Shown here: positions 13,834 to 25,843 of the stretch, piece by piece
How positions within the stretch are numbered: the first letter of the stretch is position 1
Layout of the letters: each line of letters starts with the position of its first letter
NCBI GenBank assembly: GCA_965153455.1
Contig: OZ234493.1
Location: 30,990,213-31,054,212 of the forward strand
Direction of reading: 5' to 3'
Length of the DNA: 64,000 nucleotides
DNA from: Sphagnum compactum
Taxonomy: Eukaryota
Program-made: the position numbers and the translations under genes
The notes under the pieces: generated by a model
Seen by the model: the letters and a program-made list of their open reading frames with translations, nothing else
Database searches by the model: none
What the model was told of the DNA's origin: nothing

Positions 13834-14412
13834 CTAGAGTGGAAACGCAGTTGAAAAGCTGGAAAATAGACATTCAAGTCTCTCACCAATCATCATCTTG
13901 GCATGCAAATAGATCCTGAAGCGGCGGTTGTAGTGGCTGTTATCTTCTGGGCTCTGTGTAGGCACATATTCACCCTCTGTCTTCGGTTTGGGATTTCCAA
14001 TTTCGGTTGGGATTGTTCCTGTGAAGGAGTTGGAGCTCAGATCCAGATGCTGCAGAGTTGTGATGGAGAAAAGCTTGGGAGCCAGAGTGCCAGAAAGACC
14101 CAGTTGGTGAAGAGTCACTCCTGAGACTTGCCCCAAGCTGTTGCAGGTAATTCTTGTCCAGTGACATGGTCCTTGCATGTCAGGAGCTGCTAGCACCCAA
14201 TCTGGATATGGATCTGCTCCTTGCCATGTAGTTCCTTGCTTGAATGCCCATAATGCTGCTATGTCATTGTCGTCGACCACAGATGCAGCTGCTGCAGTAA
14301 CAACCATGACAACTTGAAGGTGGTTTCTTCTTCCAGCTAGACGGCCTACAAGAAACAGTAGTAGCAGTAGGATCAGCAGCAACTTGATGAAGCTCCATGA
14401 TCTCTGAGCCAT
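13834..14412 (-). CDS. Chimeric ORF: LRR receptor-like N-terminus (signal peptide, LRRNT, ~2 LRRs) fused in frame to a phospholipase D fragment
   Basis: MAQRSWSFIKLLLILLLLLFLVG (signal peptide), DIAALWAFK..PDW..PCHWTRITC (LRRNT), LSGTLAPKLFSITTLQHLDLSSNSFTGTIPTEIGN (plant LRR), then PKPKTEGEYVPTQSPEDNSHYNRRFRIYLHAKMMI (PLD second HKD region). ORF track start at 14511 is an upstream alternative. Confidence 0.75.
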   Translation of the reverse strand: MAQRSWSFIKLLLILLLLLFLVGRLAGRRNHLQVVMVVTAAAASVVDDNDIAALWAFKQGTTWQGADPYPDWVLAAPDMQGPCHWTRITCNSLGQVSGVTLHQLGLSGTLAPKLFSITTLQHLDLSSNSFTGTIPTEIGNPKPKTEGEYVPTQSPEDNSHYNRRFRIYLHAKMMIGERLECLFSSFSTAFPL

Positions 14413-16377
14413 CAACTGTCCAGGAAGCTGAGCAAAAGCAACAGTAACAACAAACTGTGTGGTGGTTCTTCCTCTTCCAATGCTGATCATGAGCTGCTTC
14501 ATCAAGCTCATGGAGCTAGAGAAGATTGATACCCATCACTCTGAGCTGCTTTTGAAGCTTCTGAAGCTTCTTCTTCCTCTGACCATGAAGCTGAAAACTT
14601 AGACTCAAAGCTGAAGTTCTCTCACCATAAGTCTTGGTCCCATGAAGCTGAAAGCTTAAACTCAAAGCCTAGACTTTTCTCTTAGTAACTCCTTCTCTTC
14701 TTGAGCAGGAACCGATGAAAACATTCTCCATAGCTGGCAATGTAACAGTGCTCAAGGGAAGTTCAACTTCTGAACTCTAGACTTGCTTGAGCTTCATGTT
14801 CTCATGATGAAAACTAAGCAGCCTTGGAAAAGATCCATGGAAAAGCACAAGACATGGGAATGAACATATTTTAATGCCCTCATCAGCAAGTCTTCTTCAT
14901 GGCCAAGACTCTCTTGATTGTCTGTCTGTCACAAGCCCTCCCTTTTTTTTTGATCTGAAAAATCAGCTTGATCATCATCATCATCATCATTTGCCACATA
15001 TATAGCAGGCACATGAACAACTGTGGAAATTAAGAAGCCAGACATATCAGCAATGTGTGCAAAGGAGCCAAAATTTTTTTGATTGCTCAATGCAAGCTGT
15101 CAAACACTGATCCTACTGAAGAGTCTGCAGCAGATCATCTTTTTTGCTTAGGTACTATCATCCTATTGGAAATGGTGCTTTTGGATGCAGAAGGTGTTAC
15201 AGATTTTCAGAAGTAACTTCTGATGCTTTATAATTAAACCAATGAATGAAGAGGAAGAAGAGTCCCCTTTGGAAGGCCCGCGCGTTCGCCGGAACCATCT
15301 TGCCCGAGAGAGGCACTCTGCTCGATCTAAGGAGCAACGTGCAGCGGATGCTAGCCGACGTCCTCCTTGGGGGTAAGGGGGTTAGGGTTAGCACTGGATT
15401 ATAATGGATTATGGAGTAGGTTCAAAATTATTCTTTACTATTTTACTCAGTAATGGTAGAGATAAAGCCATGAAAAAAGTCAAGGTTTGCATACGTCAAT
15501 GGTCATTTTTTACTTTGCTTTTGTAAGTGCATCCCAACTTGACTGCCTTTAATTGGGGCTATGATGTGCATTGGGTCATCAATTTAAACTGTTTTTAGAA
15601 CATGTGGGCATTGGACACGACTCCACCCGGCTCACCCGGCCCACCCCCCCAAGATGCAAAACATTATCTCCCCACCAAACTTAAGGGGGTTAGGGTTAGC
15701 ACACCTTTCATAAATGCGTTTCAAAAGAAGAAAGCTTGGAATTTGCCCAAATCCTCCACAAATCTTGGCAATTTCAAAACCTGTTTTTTTTCTCCTCAAA
15801 ATGTGCTGATTCAAAACTATTTTTTTTCACCCTCCTGAAAATGTGGCGATTTAGTTTTTTTTTTGGAAATTTTCCAAAACGCTCGCTTCACCATGTATGT
15901 TTTCATGGGAGACTTTTCAACGGATTTTCGCCACAAAAAATAAATAAAATAAAAATAAAATTAGCTGCTTTGCACCTTTGTGTGTGTCTCTCTCGGTTTA
16001 AAGAAACCAAGGGACTTCACAGTGTCCGAAGGTCACGGGTACCCACTAGTACTCTATAATGAGTCTAAACACAATATCCTCGCCTTGGTAGGGAAGGCCA
16101 ACCAAATGCCCATTCCAACTAGTGTTCCGACTTCAAAACATCTCGCCCCTTTTTGGCCATTCTTCCCATGATATCCTCACAAGAACTTTGTGGATGTTTT
16201 ATGCAGGTAAAATCAAATACCCGGCCCCACACAGGTTCAAACTTCACCCTGGCCCTGGGCGGCCAATCCATGTATAAAGTCAAGGCCACCGTTTGGAATC
16301 TAAATTGCTACTTGTGGGACTTTATGAAGAGACAACTTTTGGTTGCATTGTCCTTGAGGTTTAGGTTAAGATACAGG

Positions 16378-16606
16378 TGGTGCATTCACACTTGGTGTTA
16401 GGGGACTCCACCCTGGAGTCCCCTAACACCATGCTAGTCATTTAGGATTTACATCTACTTACCATAAACATTTTATATCAAGCTCTCATTATTGTAACAT
16501 TAATAAGCTCTCATCCATTTAAGATTGGGTGCCAACTAGGATGCCACTTAGGATGCCACCTAGATTTTCATTTTACACGGACTTAACATCAAGTGTGAAT
16601 GCACCA
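16378..16606. mobile_element. ~230-bp MITE with 23-bp terminal inverted repeats
   Basis: TGGTGCATTCACACTTGGTGTTA ... TAACATCAAGTGTGAATGCACCA (22/23 match); no clear TSD retained. Confidence 0.8.
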
Positions 16607-17319
16607 GAAGTGTTAGGTATTCAATGGATTTCTCCAATGTGGTGAACGTATTTACTAAAGCCCACATTGGCCTGACACTTTGTTCCAAATCTCAATCCAT
16701 AGTTGCAGTGTGGTAGAAGGAGTAGGTAGCTGTTTAGATAGTTTATGACCTTTTTTTGGTGGAGAGACGGTAAATACGACACGCCCCCACCTGCCCCCAA
16801 ATCGAGCTCGCTCTGGAGCTCGCTCTGTCCGGCGCCTGTTTTTCTTATCTTCTTGCACATGTTTTTGGGCCCCTGCATGATTCGGCATAAAACCATGCAG
16901 CATGGTTCTACATGTTCTTGTAATTTTGCAAAAGAACAGAATGACGTTCTTTTCACTTATTAATTAATTTACGTCCTGCAGCAGCTCACCGGATCCGAAA
17001 CCAGAACCTTCCAGGTGTTGAACACGCTTCCAACTGCCACAACCAGTTCTCCGCAGGGCTGCACTGTCAGGCCCAGAAATGGGGCCGGACAGTGCTCGAT
17101 GGCGGACATTTAACGTCTCGCCTTTTTTCTGGAGCACCAATAAGTTCTATACATTACAAAAGTCTCTTACTATTGAAGAACATGAAAGCTCAGACTTGCA
17201 CCGAACCCTGTCTGAATATGCCCCCTTTGGTTTAAACGAGAGTAATGAATGTAGTCCACTCCTAGCAAAAGACAACATTCAAGTTGGTGGTTTTGATGGT
17301 GCCCAAATTTCAACAATAA

Positions 17320-17756
17320 CAAGTGTGGCCTGTGCCGTCGGGCCCAAGTGTTACCATGTCCTCCACTGATTTTTCCTTCCAAAACCTGGTTTTTGGGAAT
17401 TTATTTGAATTTTCAGCGCCAGAGATCGCTTTAAAATTCCATATCTCCCACATTCTGATTTCAAATCTTACCAAATAAATTCCATTAAATCCTGCTCATC
17501 AGGATCTTTCCAACAACACCAAAGGCACATTCCAATTCCTCTGAAATTTTCAGCTATGATTTAATTTAATTGTCAGTGAAGAAATCATTCTATATTCAAG
17601 AACTTTTGTATCATAAGTCCGCACGTGTGAAGCCCATGCACCCCTCCTCATCAAGCACCTTTCCAAAGACACCGAGAACACGATCTGAAGCATTATCACC
17701 CTTCGGTGGACCTCATAACTACAAAACAAAACAAACTACCTTGCTTCATAGATAGA
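17320..17756 (-). mobile_element. Helitron-like family H1 copy 2 (reverse orientation)
   Basis: Minus strand reads A|TCTATCTATGAAG ... GGCACAGGCCACACTTG|T; homologous to 10584..11026. Confidence 0.75.
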
Positions 17757-18289
17757 TTGGCCAATACAACCCTAGGTCTAGTCAACTTCCTCTTCTAGGA
17801 GTTGACAAACCCAATGCCAGAGACCAGCTCCTGGGACTGACACTCTACTCCCAAAGGGACCTGCTATCTATCACACTCTAACCTTGCCAACTTGGCCTGT
17901 TAATCCACACCAGTTCTTGTTTGGTCATTTTTGCAGTGGGCCAACCTCTGCAGTGCATGTGGTGCTGTTGTGGCTAAAAGCAAGTTGGTGTAGGAGTTCT
18001 GTCTGAATTGCCCCAGTAGCACCTTTTTTATTATTTCGATGTGACTGCCACTTAAATCCTGAATTTTCGGTGTCCCCTCCTAAAACTCTAAACGTGAAAA
18101 CATCTGGTTCTCATTGAAATGAACTTAGAGTTTTTGGGCTGTTCTTCAATAGCATTTGGTGTTTTGATGGTGAGGTGTGAAATATTCTTTTGAAATCTGA
18201 CAATTACTTGGGAGCAAACTATAAAATTTTCAGGTGATGAACAATTGTTCGAATGCACTTTTTTTTAATAAAAAAACTATAAGAAACAA

Positions 18290-19600
18290 AAGTGACCTAG
18301 AAAATTAATCATTATGAAATTCACAAAGAGCAAAGTATCTCAACAAAAAGCACAAACAAGAAATGAAGTTTGTAACACCATTAGCAAACACAAGCAAGGG
18401 GATTGAACCCCTAATACGGGCCTTTCTGTACAAGTCACAACATTTTGGTTAAAAGATTCATATCAACTGGGGGCACCATCCACACTATTGCAATCAATTT
18501 CATTGTGAACTTAAACATGCCCCATTAGTAATCAAGATCACTAGTATTCAAAAGCTCTTGTATCATAACATTTTTTGCATCCACCTTGTGAGATTTGCTA
18601 AGAGCAAAAAGTTATTTTAAAAACCTCAAGGTGTTTGGCAAAAGATGCATCACTATCTGGGTGCGGTCACAGTTGGGGTTTTAACACATCATGTACATTT
18701 TACCCCATTTATGTGTCACAAAGGACTTTTGAGGTTCTAAAATTTTGAATCAAATTTGGAAAGTTCTTTGAATTTTTAAAGTTTTAGAATTCCACATATT
18801 TTAGGGTATGAATTTTTTTTTAATGTGGTTAATAAGTTTTTATTCTCTTAAATTTTTCTCATCAAATGTGTATTTATTATATGAGTCCTTTTGATAGTCC
18901 TCTGCAAATTTGATTCATGTCTAACACATTGTTGTCCACTTTGAAAGGTCTTAAATCAAAACATAATGAATGTGTTGATCATTAATTAGCAATGCATTGC
19001 AATGACTCTTTCATAAAATCCAAGGGCATTCACATCAATTATTACTGAAGAGCAAGACCATTCCACACAAAGCTAAAACCTTACAATGATTTGTCTAAAA
19101 TCCACACATTACAATTAATGAGTTGAAAAAAAGCCTTGAAGCTTCAATACACACAACAGAAAAAAAAAAAAAACATAAAACAAACAAGTACTTCCCCTTG
19201 GTTGTGTGAAATGTTCATTCAAACTTGAACATTAATTTTCAATTCTCAAACAAGAAAATTTTGATTGTGAAACCCTTTGAATCTTGATTGATTGTCACCT
19301 CAAGGCTCACATTGCAAAACCTCAAGTGCATAACTTACAAGCTACATTGAAAACCAACTTTGGCAATTATAAATGATTTTTTACAATTGTTTTGCAGTGT
19401 TTCATTACAAGAGGTGGTTAATTAGTGATGAGTGAAACAAAAAAGAGATTTGCAATGGTGACATCCCATGCACATTATGCAAAACTTATGTTGAAGGTTT
19501 AGGGTTTCTTGCAAATAGGCCATTTGGATGGCTCAAATGTGGTAATCTATGACACCAACGGCTTGCATACACATAGTTTGGCAATGTTCATAGAAGATTT
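18290..19600 (-). mobile_element. Highly degenerate hAT-like transposase relic
   Basis: Broken minus-strand frames give ..HPDSDASFAKHLEVFKITFC and LDY*WxMFKFTMK...PVDMNLLTKML, resembling plant hAT transposase C-terminal regions; many stops. Confidence 0.35.
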
Positions 19601-21811
19601 AGGGTTTCAACTTGCAATTCCATATCATGATTTCTAAACATTATGGTCAATTGTATGATTTTCAAAAAAATAAAATTTCCTTCCTTTTTGTACAAGTAGT
19701 TACCTTTTCTTAAAAATAAAAATTTGGTAATAATTTGCTAAAACAGACATTAATCCATGCTCTTTGAAAAAATGAGTAAAACCTAGTTGATTGGTAGGGC
19801 TTTAGTAGCAAGGTAGCATAAGGGACCAACAAGGATTGTCCTTAATTGTAGGTCTTGAACAAACAAATAGTTCATGGGGCAATGGTTTTGCTTCCTATTC
19901 TTTATGGTAAGTTCAAATTAGTGTTGTGCATGTAAGTATAAATAACCATTTTACATGCCATGTAAAACCATGTAAATGTCAATCACAATGCATAAGGGTA
20001 TTACACTACCCGTGCTATCTTTGGAGATTATGGTTTGTCAGAAAATAAAGGTATTTGCACCTCAAACTTTTCATTGATAACTATGGGTTTCTAAAACAAC
20101 AAGGCAAGAACACAACAAAAGTAAACATGAGGAGGGGGGGCTAACTTGAAACAAGTTGCTTATGAAGCTTACAACAATGCTAGGAATTACAAGATGACCA
20201 TGATCCCATGACTTAAACTTGCAAATATTCTAAATGAATAGGAACAACATGGGGAGTTCACCTTAAATTCTAATCCTTGTTTTGCACGACCAAAATGAAA
20301 GGAATTGTAAAACAACCACAAAAAAAAATAAAAAATGCAACACAACAAGGTAATGAATAATTAGTAAAAAAAACTCATTTGAAACATTGTTGGAGCTTTG
20401 AACAATGTAAAGAATTGTAAGATGACAACATCATCAACTACACTTGCAAACAAACCATAAACAAAGGAGAAGAACATGGGGGAACTCATAAGATCACAAG
20501 GAAAAAAGTTTTGCAAATATCCTTTCTCCATACCTAACCCTCTCTTCTTTTCTAACGATCTTTTTTTTACCTTGTGCATACTATTTGTGAAACCCTTTCC
20601 CCTGCTTTTCCTTCTTTCTTTGTTGAATTAACTTCATTTTAATAAGTATTGTTTTGAAAAAAAAAGAAAAAAGAAAATGCAATATCACATTTGCTATCAC
20701 ATGTTCTGTTAATTTATTTGTTTACACTCTTTTGTGCAATGTGTAAAATTATATAAATGTATGTGACTTTTAAAAAAAATTACACTTACATTTATCATGT
20801 TTTACATGGGGTGAAATAACATGACACAATTTTATATTTATAACTATACGTTCAAAATTATACACTTACACTTACTCGATATATATAGATATATATACAC
20901 AACATTGGTTCAAACTAATGTTGATCTAAGACCTAGGATTGGTAGGTGTACATGGTAAAAGCCTCATCACAAATTCATGCCAGTCAAAGCTTGGACCCAA
21001 CCCAAGAATGCTAATTAAGGTCATCTAGACTCAACCCTAGAACCAGCCCTATGATCTTAAGGCCAAGTTATAGGAGGTACCAGCGCTCCACCGAACTTTT
21101 GTCTTGTGTTCTTTTGTTTGATGATGAGCCTATTTCATTAACTTGTCTAATTTTGAGACCCAAAGAGGACTATTTGAAATTCTCCCCCGGTTTGTTTACC
21201 GGTATAATTTATAGCAGTGAACCATCGGGCAAAAAAATTCCCCCCTTCCCCATGCCCTCCTACACGTTGGGTTTCAAGTTCAAGCCAAAACTGTAGCCCC
21301 CAAATCAAATTTGTTGACTTAATCTTACGTAGTTTCATTTGATGCGCAACAAATGAAAGAAGATCGCAACTTTGTTTGAAAAACTTGTCTAATTATGGGC
21401 TGATTCTGTGATTCATATCATCCATGATGTAGAATCAATTTGAATCCAGTCATATATACCTAGTCAAGTGAACATTATTAAGATGATTATCACTTATTAA
21501 AATAACAAATTATTGTGGAAGAATAATCAGAAAATAATCAACCTTTGAACCAGCATTTTTTTTTAAGGCAAAATGTCTCATCCTGGTGACAAATAGAAAG
21601 CCAATATAGTGCAACTGATACAGAGGATTTGTTTTTGGAAAAATGGCCGAAAGTCACAAAGTTTAGAGAAAAAAGATTCTGAAATCACCAAATTTAGACA
21701 AGAGGTTCTAGACAATAGACACATCCGTAAAGTAACCCTGTTTTTGCCCTGTCTTTGGGCCTCCTTTCACCCCTATCCCCTCTTTCAGTGTTATCCACAA
21801 AGCAAACACAT

Positions 21812-22753
21812 TCTATATAGTAAAGGACGTAGTGGTCCTGAAGCTTTGGGATGAAATGACGTTTTTCATCCATCCGTTCGTCATCCGTCCCGTCATCCAT
21901 CCAAACAGAACAAATATATATTTTAAAAAGGGAAAAAACTAGAAAAAAAATAAAAACAGAAAAACACTTTAACAATTAGAAACTTTTTGTAAACACTTAA
22001 ACATGAAACAAAAAAGGGAAATGCAGTAAAATAATCCTAAAAAAAATAAAAAAATAGATGACAAAAAATAAGAAACAAAACAGAGAGCAAAAGAAAGAGA
22101 AAAAAACCATACTTGAAAAATAAATGAGGTTTGTCTTCTTTTTCCAAACTTCAAACCTGCATCTAATCAAACAAAATAAAAAAAGTTTTGTTTAATTATT
22201 TTTATTATAAAACATATTAGAAAAACTAGATTTTTTTTGGAAAAGAAAATAGAAACTAAATAAATAAATAAACGCATAAAAATAGAAAAAAAATGAAGAT
22301 ATACAAAATAAGAATGGAAAAAATAAAACATGAAACAAACATAAACAAAAAAAAGTAAAAACACAAAAACTATAAAAAAGGAATGGAAACAAATGAAACA
22401 AGGAAAGGGAAATACAGTAAAATCATTTTAAAAGGAAAAAAATTACAAAAAAGAAGAAACCAAATAAAGAGTAGAAAATAAGAAAAAATAAAACTTATAA
22501 TAATGAAGAAAAACCCTACTTGAAAAAGAATGAGGTGTGTCTTCTTTCTCCAAACTTCAAACTTGCATCCAAATAAAACAAAATACAAAAGTGAAAAAGA
22601 ACACTTTGTTTTTATTATACAAAATAATAATAAAAACAGAAAACACATAAAAATAAAAAATAAAAAAGATAAAAGTTTTAAAAAAAAACTAAAACATGAA
22701 CCAAACATTGTTGAAATAACACACCTGTGCATTAGGCAGGGGGTTCAAACTAG
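21812..22753 (+). mobile_element. Non-autonomous Helitron, family H2 copy 1 (A-rich interior)
   Basis: 5' TCTATATAGTAAAGGACGT with CCATCC/GTCC-rich subterminus; 3' CCTGTGCATTAGGCAGGGGGTTCAAACTAG|T (hairpin + CTAG). Confidence 0.75.
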
Positions 22754-23721
22754 TTTTATTAAATCTCAGTACGAAATGCTGAAACTCAGCATTTAATGCA
22801 CAATGTTGGGGACTAACTATAGCACTTGTACAAGTAGGAGCAATGAAAATATCTGTAGCAGCAGTGGTGGCGCTCAGGAAAAAGGAAAGTCAGGATGAAA
22901 CTCAGTTTACCACTAAAGTTGATGGTTTTCTGAGTTTCAACCCCCCCCCCCCCTTCAATGCTAATGTACTTTTTTTCAGGTCTTTTTTGAACCAGAACCC
23001 ACCCTGTGTGTGACCAAACTCAGGGTTCTGGTGCTGTGTTTGTCTTACTTTACGGTTAACTCTACTAGTGTGTCACCTACATAGACCCAGTTGGGAAAAC
23101 AACTGAAAATTTTAAACCTGACTTTGATGGATTTCTCAAGTACCTCTCAACAAGTGGCGGTGTCAGTAAGTTAGTAGACGTAATATTTATGATTCAATTT
23201 TTATACTCAACACTTTGTTCAGTTTAGTTGACAATCCTGTGCAACTGGGCTAGGCCTCTGGCAGCTCCATTTATGGTTTTTGTTGACACGAGAACTCCCA
23301 TCATGATGCCCACTCTGGCCCACTCTTCCTCCCCCAGCTGCCATGCCATGGCTCTCTCTGCATCAATTGCTTACAATCAGCTGCCGCGTACATGCATGCC
23401 TGGGTTATTAAGTTGGGTAGTTGGCAATGACATAATTACTTATTCAAGAATGTCAATGGGATAGTAAATGATCATCAAGATTCGTGCTGGATTTTTACAT
23501 TCATTGCCAGAGACGCGCTCCTCACCTCTTCCATTTAAGCTGGACCTTGATGCACTTTGCTGTATCACAAGTCTCTCACCCAGTATTAGTCCAGCTTGTT
23601 GAAGTCTCTCGATCTCAGTTGCTAGCTGTTCCTTCGGTCGTCTAGAGTCTAAGGTGAAGTGGGTTTTGTGATCTGAGAAGATTCTAGTAAGAGGGATCTT
23701 CGATCTGCTGCTGCTGCAATC

Positions 23722-24516
23722 ATGGCGAAGCTGTCACCTGCTGCTGTAGTATGCATTGGTCTGCTGGTGGTTATGGCTGTGGCGACTCAAGTGACTAGTG
23801 CCAGCTGCCCAAATGCTTACTATTACTACTCGTGCCTGAGCGCAGCACAGAACCCCAGAGTGTATCCGAGCTCCACTTGCTGCGGCTTGATCAGGAAAGT
23901 TGGCCTGACGGCCGGAGGACCCGCGTGTCTGTGTGCGATGGCGAAGTCCGGGACGTTCAATGTCAATTTCTATGCTGCTCGATCCTTGGTTTCCAAATGC
24001 GGACTCCCCAACCCCACCGGCTACGTTTGCAGTACGCGTTCTTTCTTCGACTTTGCAAAACCTAGAATCGTTATTTCTACTACTACTACTGTGCTGCCGA
24101 TCAAATCTTCCAAAGCTGTCCACTCTCTCTAGTCTTGCCTAGCCGGCAGATCAAGTAGCTGCTGGGCCTAGCTCGTTTTCTGAATATGTGCATGAACTCT
24201 TATAATAAGCTGCTTTCAGTTCAGGTTATGTTCTATCTTTTCTCTCTTGTGGAAGTGATTAATATAGGAGCTCCTTCTGAATATTCTGGTTCAAGTTCTA
24301 GTCTTGTCATCGCTACTAGTACAGCAGCTCGAGTCTGATTGTCATGATTTCACCACGTAATTATTATAAACTTCGAATATTGAAGGATTGTATGCATGCT
24401 GCAACTGATCATTACTTGGCTTGTGGGACTCATACCAGACTGATGCAGTTACCGATCACTTGGAGTATCCGGCTGAAGCACTAAGGTTATCTCGATTACT
24501 CATTCTCCTTCTATAA
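23722..24516 (+). CDS. Non-specific lipid transfer protein (nsLTP, 8-Cys motif). Exon 1 23722..24031; candidate exon 2 24449..24516 (uncertain)
   Basis: Signal peptide plus C-X8-C-X14-CC-X14-CLC-X21-C-X9-C. GT (GTACGC) just after the last Cys codon is a typical LTP intron position. The second exon is chosen from a TGCAG acceptor giving ITDHLEYPAEALRLSRLLILLL*; the unspliced ORF ends at 24132. Confidence 0.85.
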
Positions 24517-25733
24517 AAATACATAGAGTTTAGTTCTGATTCTATTTGATGTAGTGTCATGTATTTGAGTATAATAAAATAGTATATTTATTGTATATAT
24601 TATGTCTCGTATTTGACGCAACCCAGTTAGTCATAACCGTTCTCTTTTTTTGTTTTTCCCACACTTTCTTCTTTGAGACATTGAGCATGTAACCTTTCGG
24701 GCATGTTTGAACTAATAATCTATTAGGAGGCAAAAGAATCTCAGTATGGGTATGGACGGGATGGATCAGTTACAAACTCGTCACAATCGAATTGTTTGTA
24801 TAGATTACATGAAATGAAATGCTAAGTTCTAAGGTCACTCATCATAAACCCAGTTACAGCAGAAGTAAAATACAGAACATGTCAGGCATGTGAACTTTAG
24901 TGTTCCAACGACTACTATTAAATTGTTCTAATAATCCTTGCTTTGCACCTCATTGCAGACAGCGGAATGCAGGATTGAATCCAGGAAGATTGTGAGGATT
25001 GACTAATAATTATTCCTTAAATCCATTCTAGCAGTTGCCAAGGTTGCCTATCCTCTGGAGAAGAGTAGCTGGAATTATGGAAGATTATCTACTTTAATAT
25101 GTGCAGCGATGACGCTCGCTGTGCAAACCATTTTTGTTGCCCTGTTCCAACTTCCAAAATAAGATACTTAATACTCTATTTTAACTATGATGTAATTGCT
25201 TGGTGCCACTGGGTGTTTCCTTTTCCAAGTTTGTGATGTAACTACATTCCAAATTGAATATGATCATCCATATGTATCAATGCATTTTGGCTATATAAAC
25301 AAGATATGAAAGTTCAAAAAAATTGAGCAATGTCCAAGTCTATAATTTGGTTACTAGAGCTGGAACCTAAACTTGGAGAAATATGGTGATTTGGAAAAAA
25401 GTTTTGCACATAGATGAGAGTTGTAGTAGGATAATGATTGGCGTTTTTGTTCACACTGAATGAAGTTAGATTTTTTAGTGTAACTGAGTATAATAATGAT
25501 TTTACATGATTTTAAAGCAGCCTCTAGCTATGGATAAATTTATGGAATGTACCTATATGAAGATCATTTTGTAATTTGGAAGACATGCTTATTATGATTT
25601 AAAACCTAAAGTCTTGTAAGGCCCTCGGGGCTCATGTGAGGTGGGGCTGAGCACAGACCCTGTTCTGGTCATGCCCTCCCCCAAAGACCTTACACCCAGT
25701 GTAAAGCTCCATTGCTTTTATTTATGAAAGACA

Positions 25734-25843
25734 TTTCATGATAACATATGAACTTCTTAAAAACAAAAAGTTCCCATGCTTGCCAAAATTTGGTAAGTAT
25801 GGGCACTTTTGTTTTCTAAAAGTTCATATATAATATCATGAAA
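25734..25843. repeat. ~110-bp near-perfect palindrome (foldback)
   Basis: ATATGAACTTCTTAAAAACAAAAAGTTCCCATGCTTGCCAAA is followed almost directly by its approximate reverse complement TTTGGTAAGTATGGGCACTTTTGTTTTCTAAAAGTTCATAT, flanked by TTTCATGATA/TATCATGAAA. Confidence 0.8.

Larger units (their letters stand above)
13223..16049 (+). mobile_element. 2,827-bp non-autonomous Helitron carrying captured gene fragments
   Basis: Begins TC after A(13222), ends CTAG before T(16050), subterminal imperfect hairpin CAGTGTCCGAAGGTCACGG (16020-16038), no TSD; paralogous empty site A9683|T9684. Confidence 0.9.

Noticed and set aside
13834-15200. An intact resident LRR receptor kinase gene
   Set aside because: LRR homology stops at 13993; no further LRRs, TM or kinase exons follow, and the segment lies within Helitron boundaries.
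21694-22796. Several hydrophobic Phe/Leu-rich ORFs that look like membrane proteins
   Set aside because: Artefacts of the A-rich low-complexity Helitron interior.
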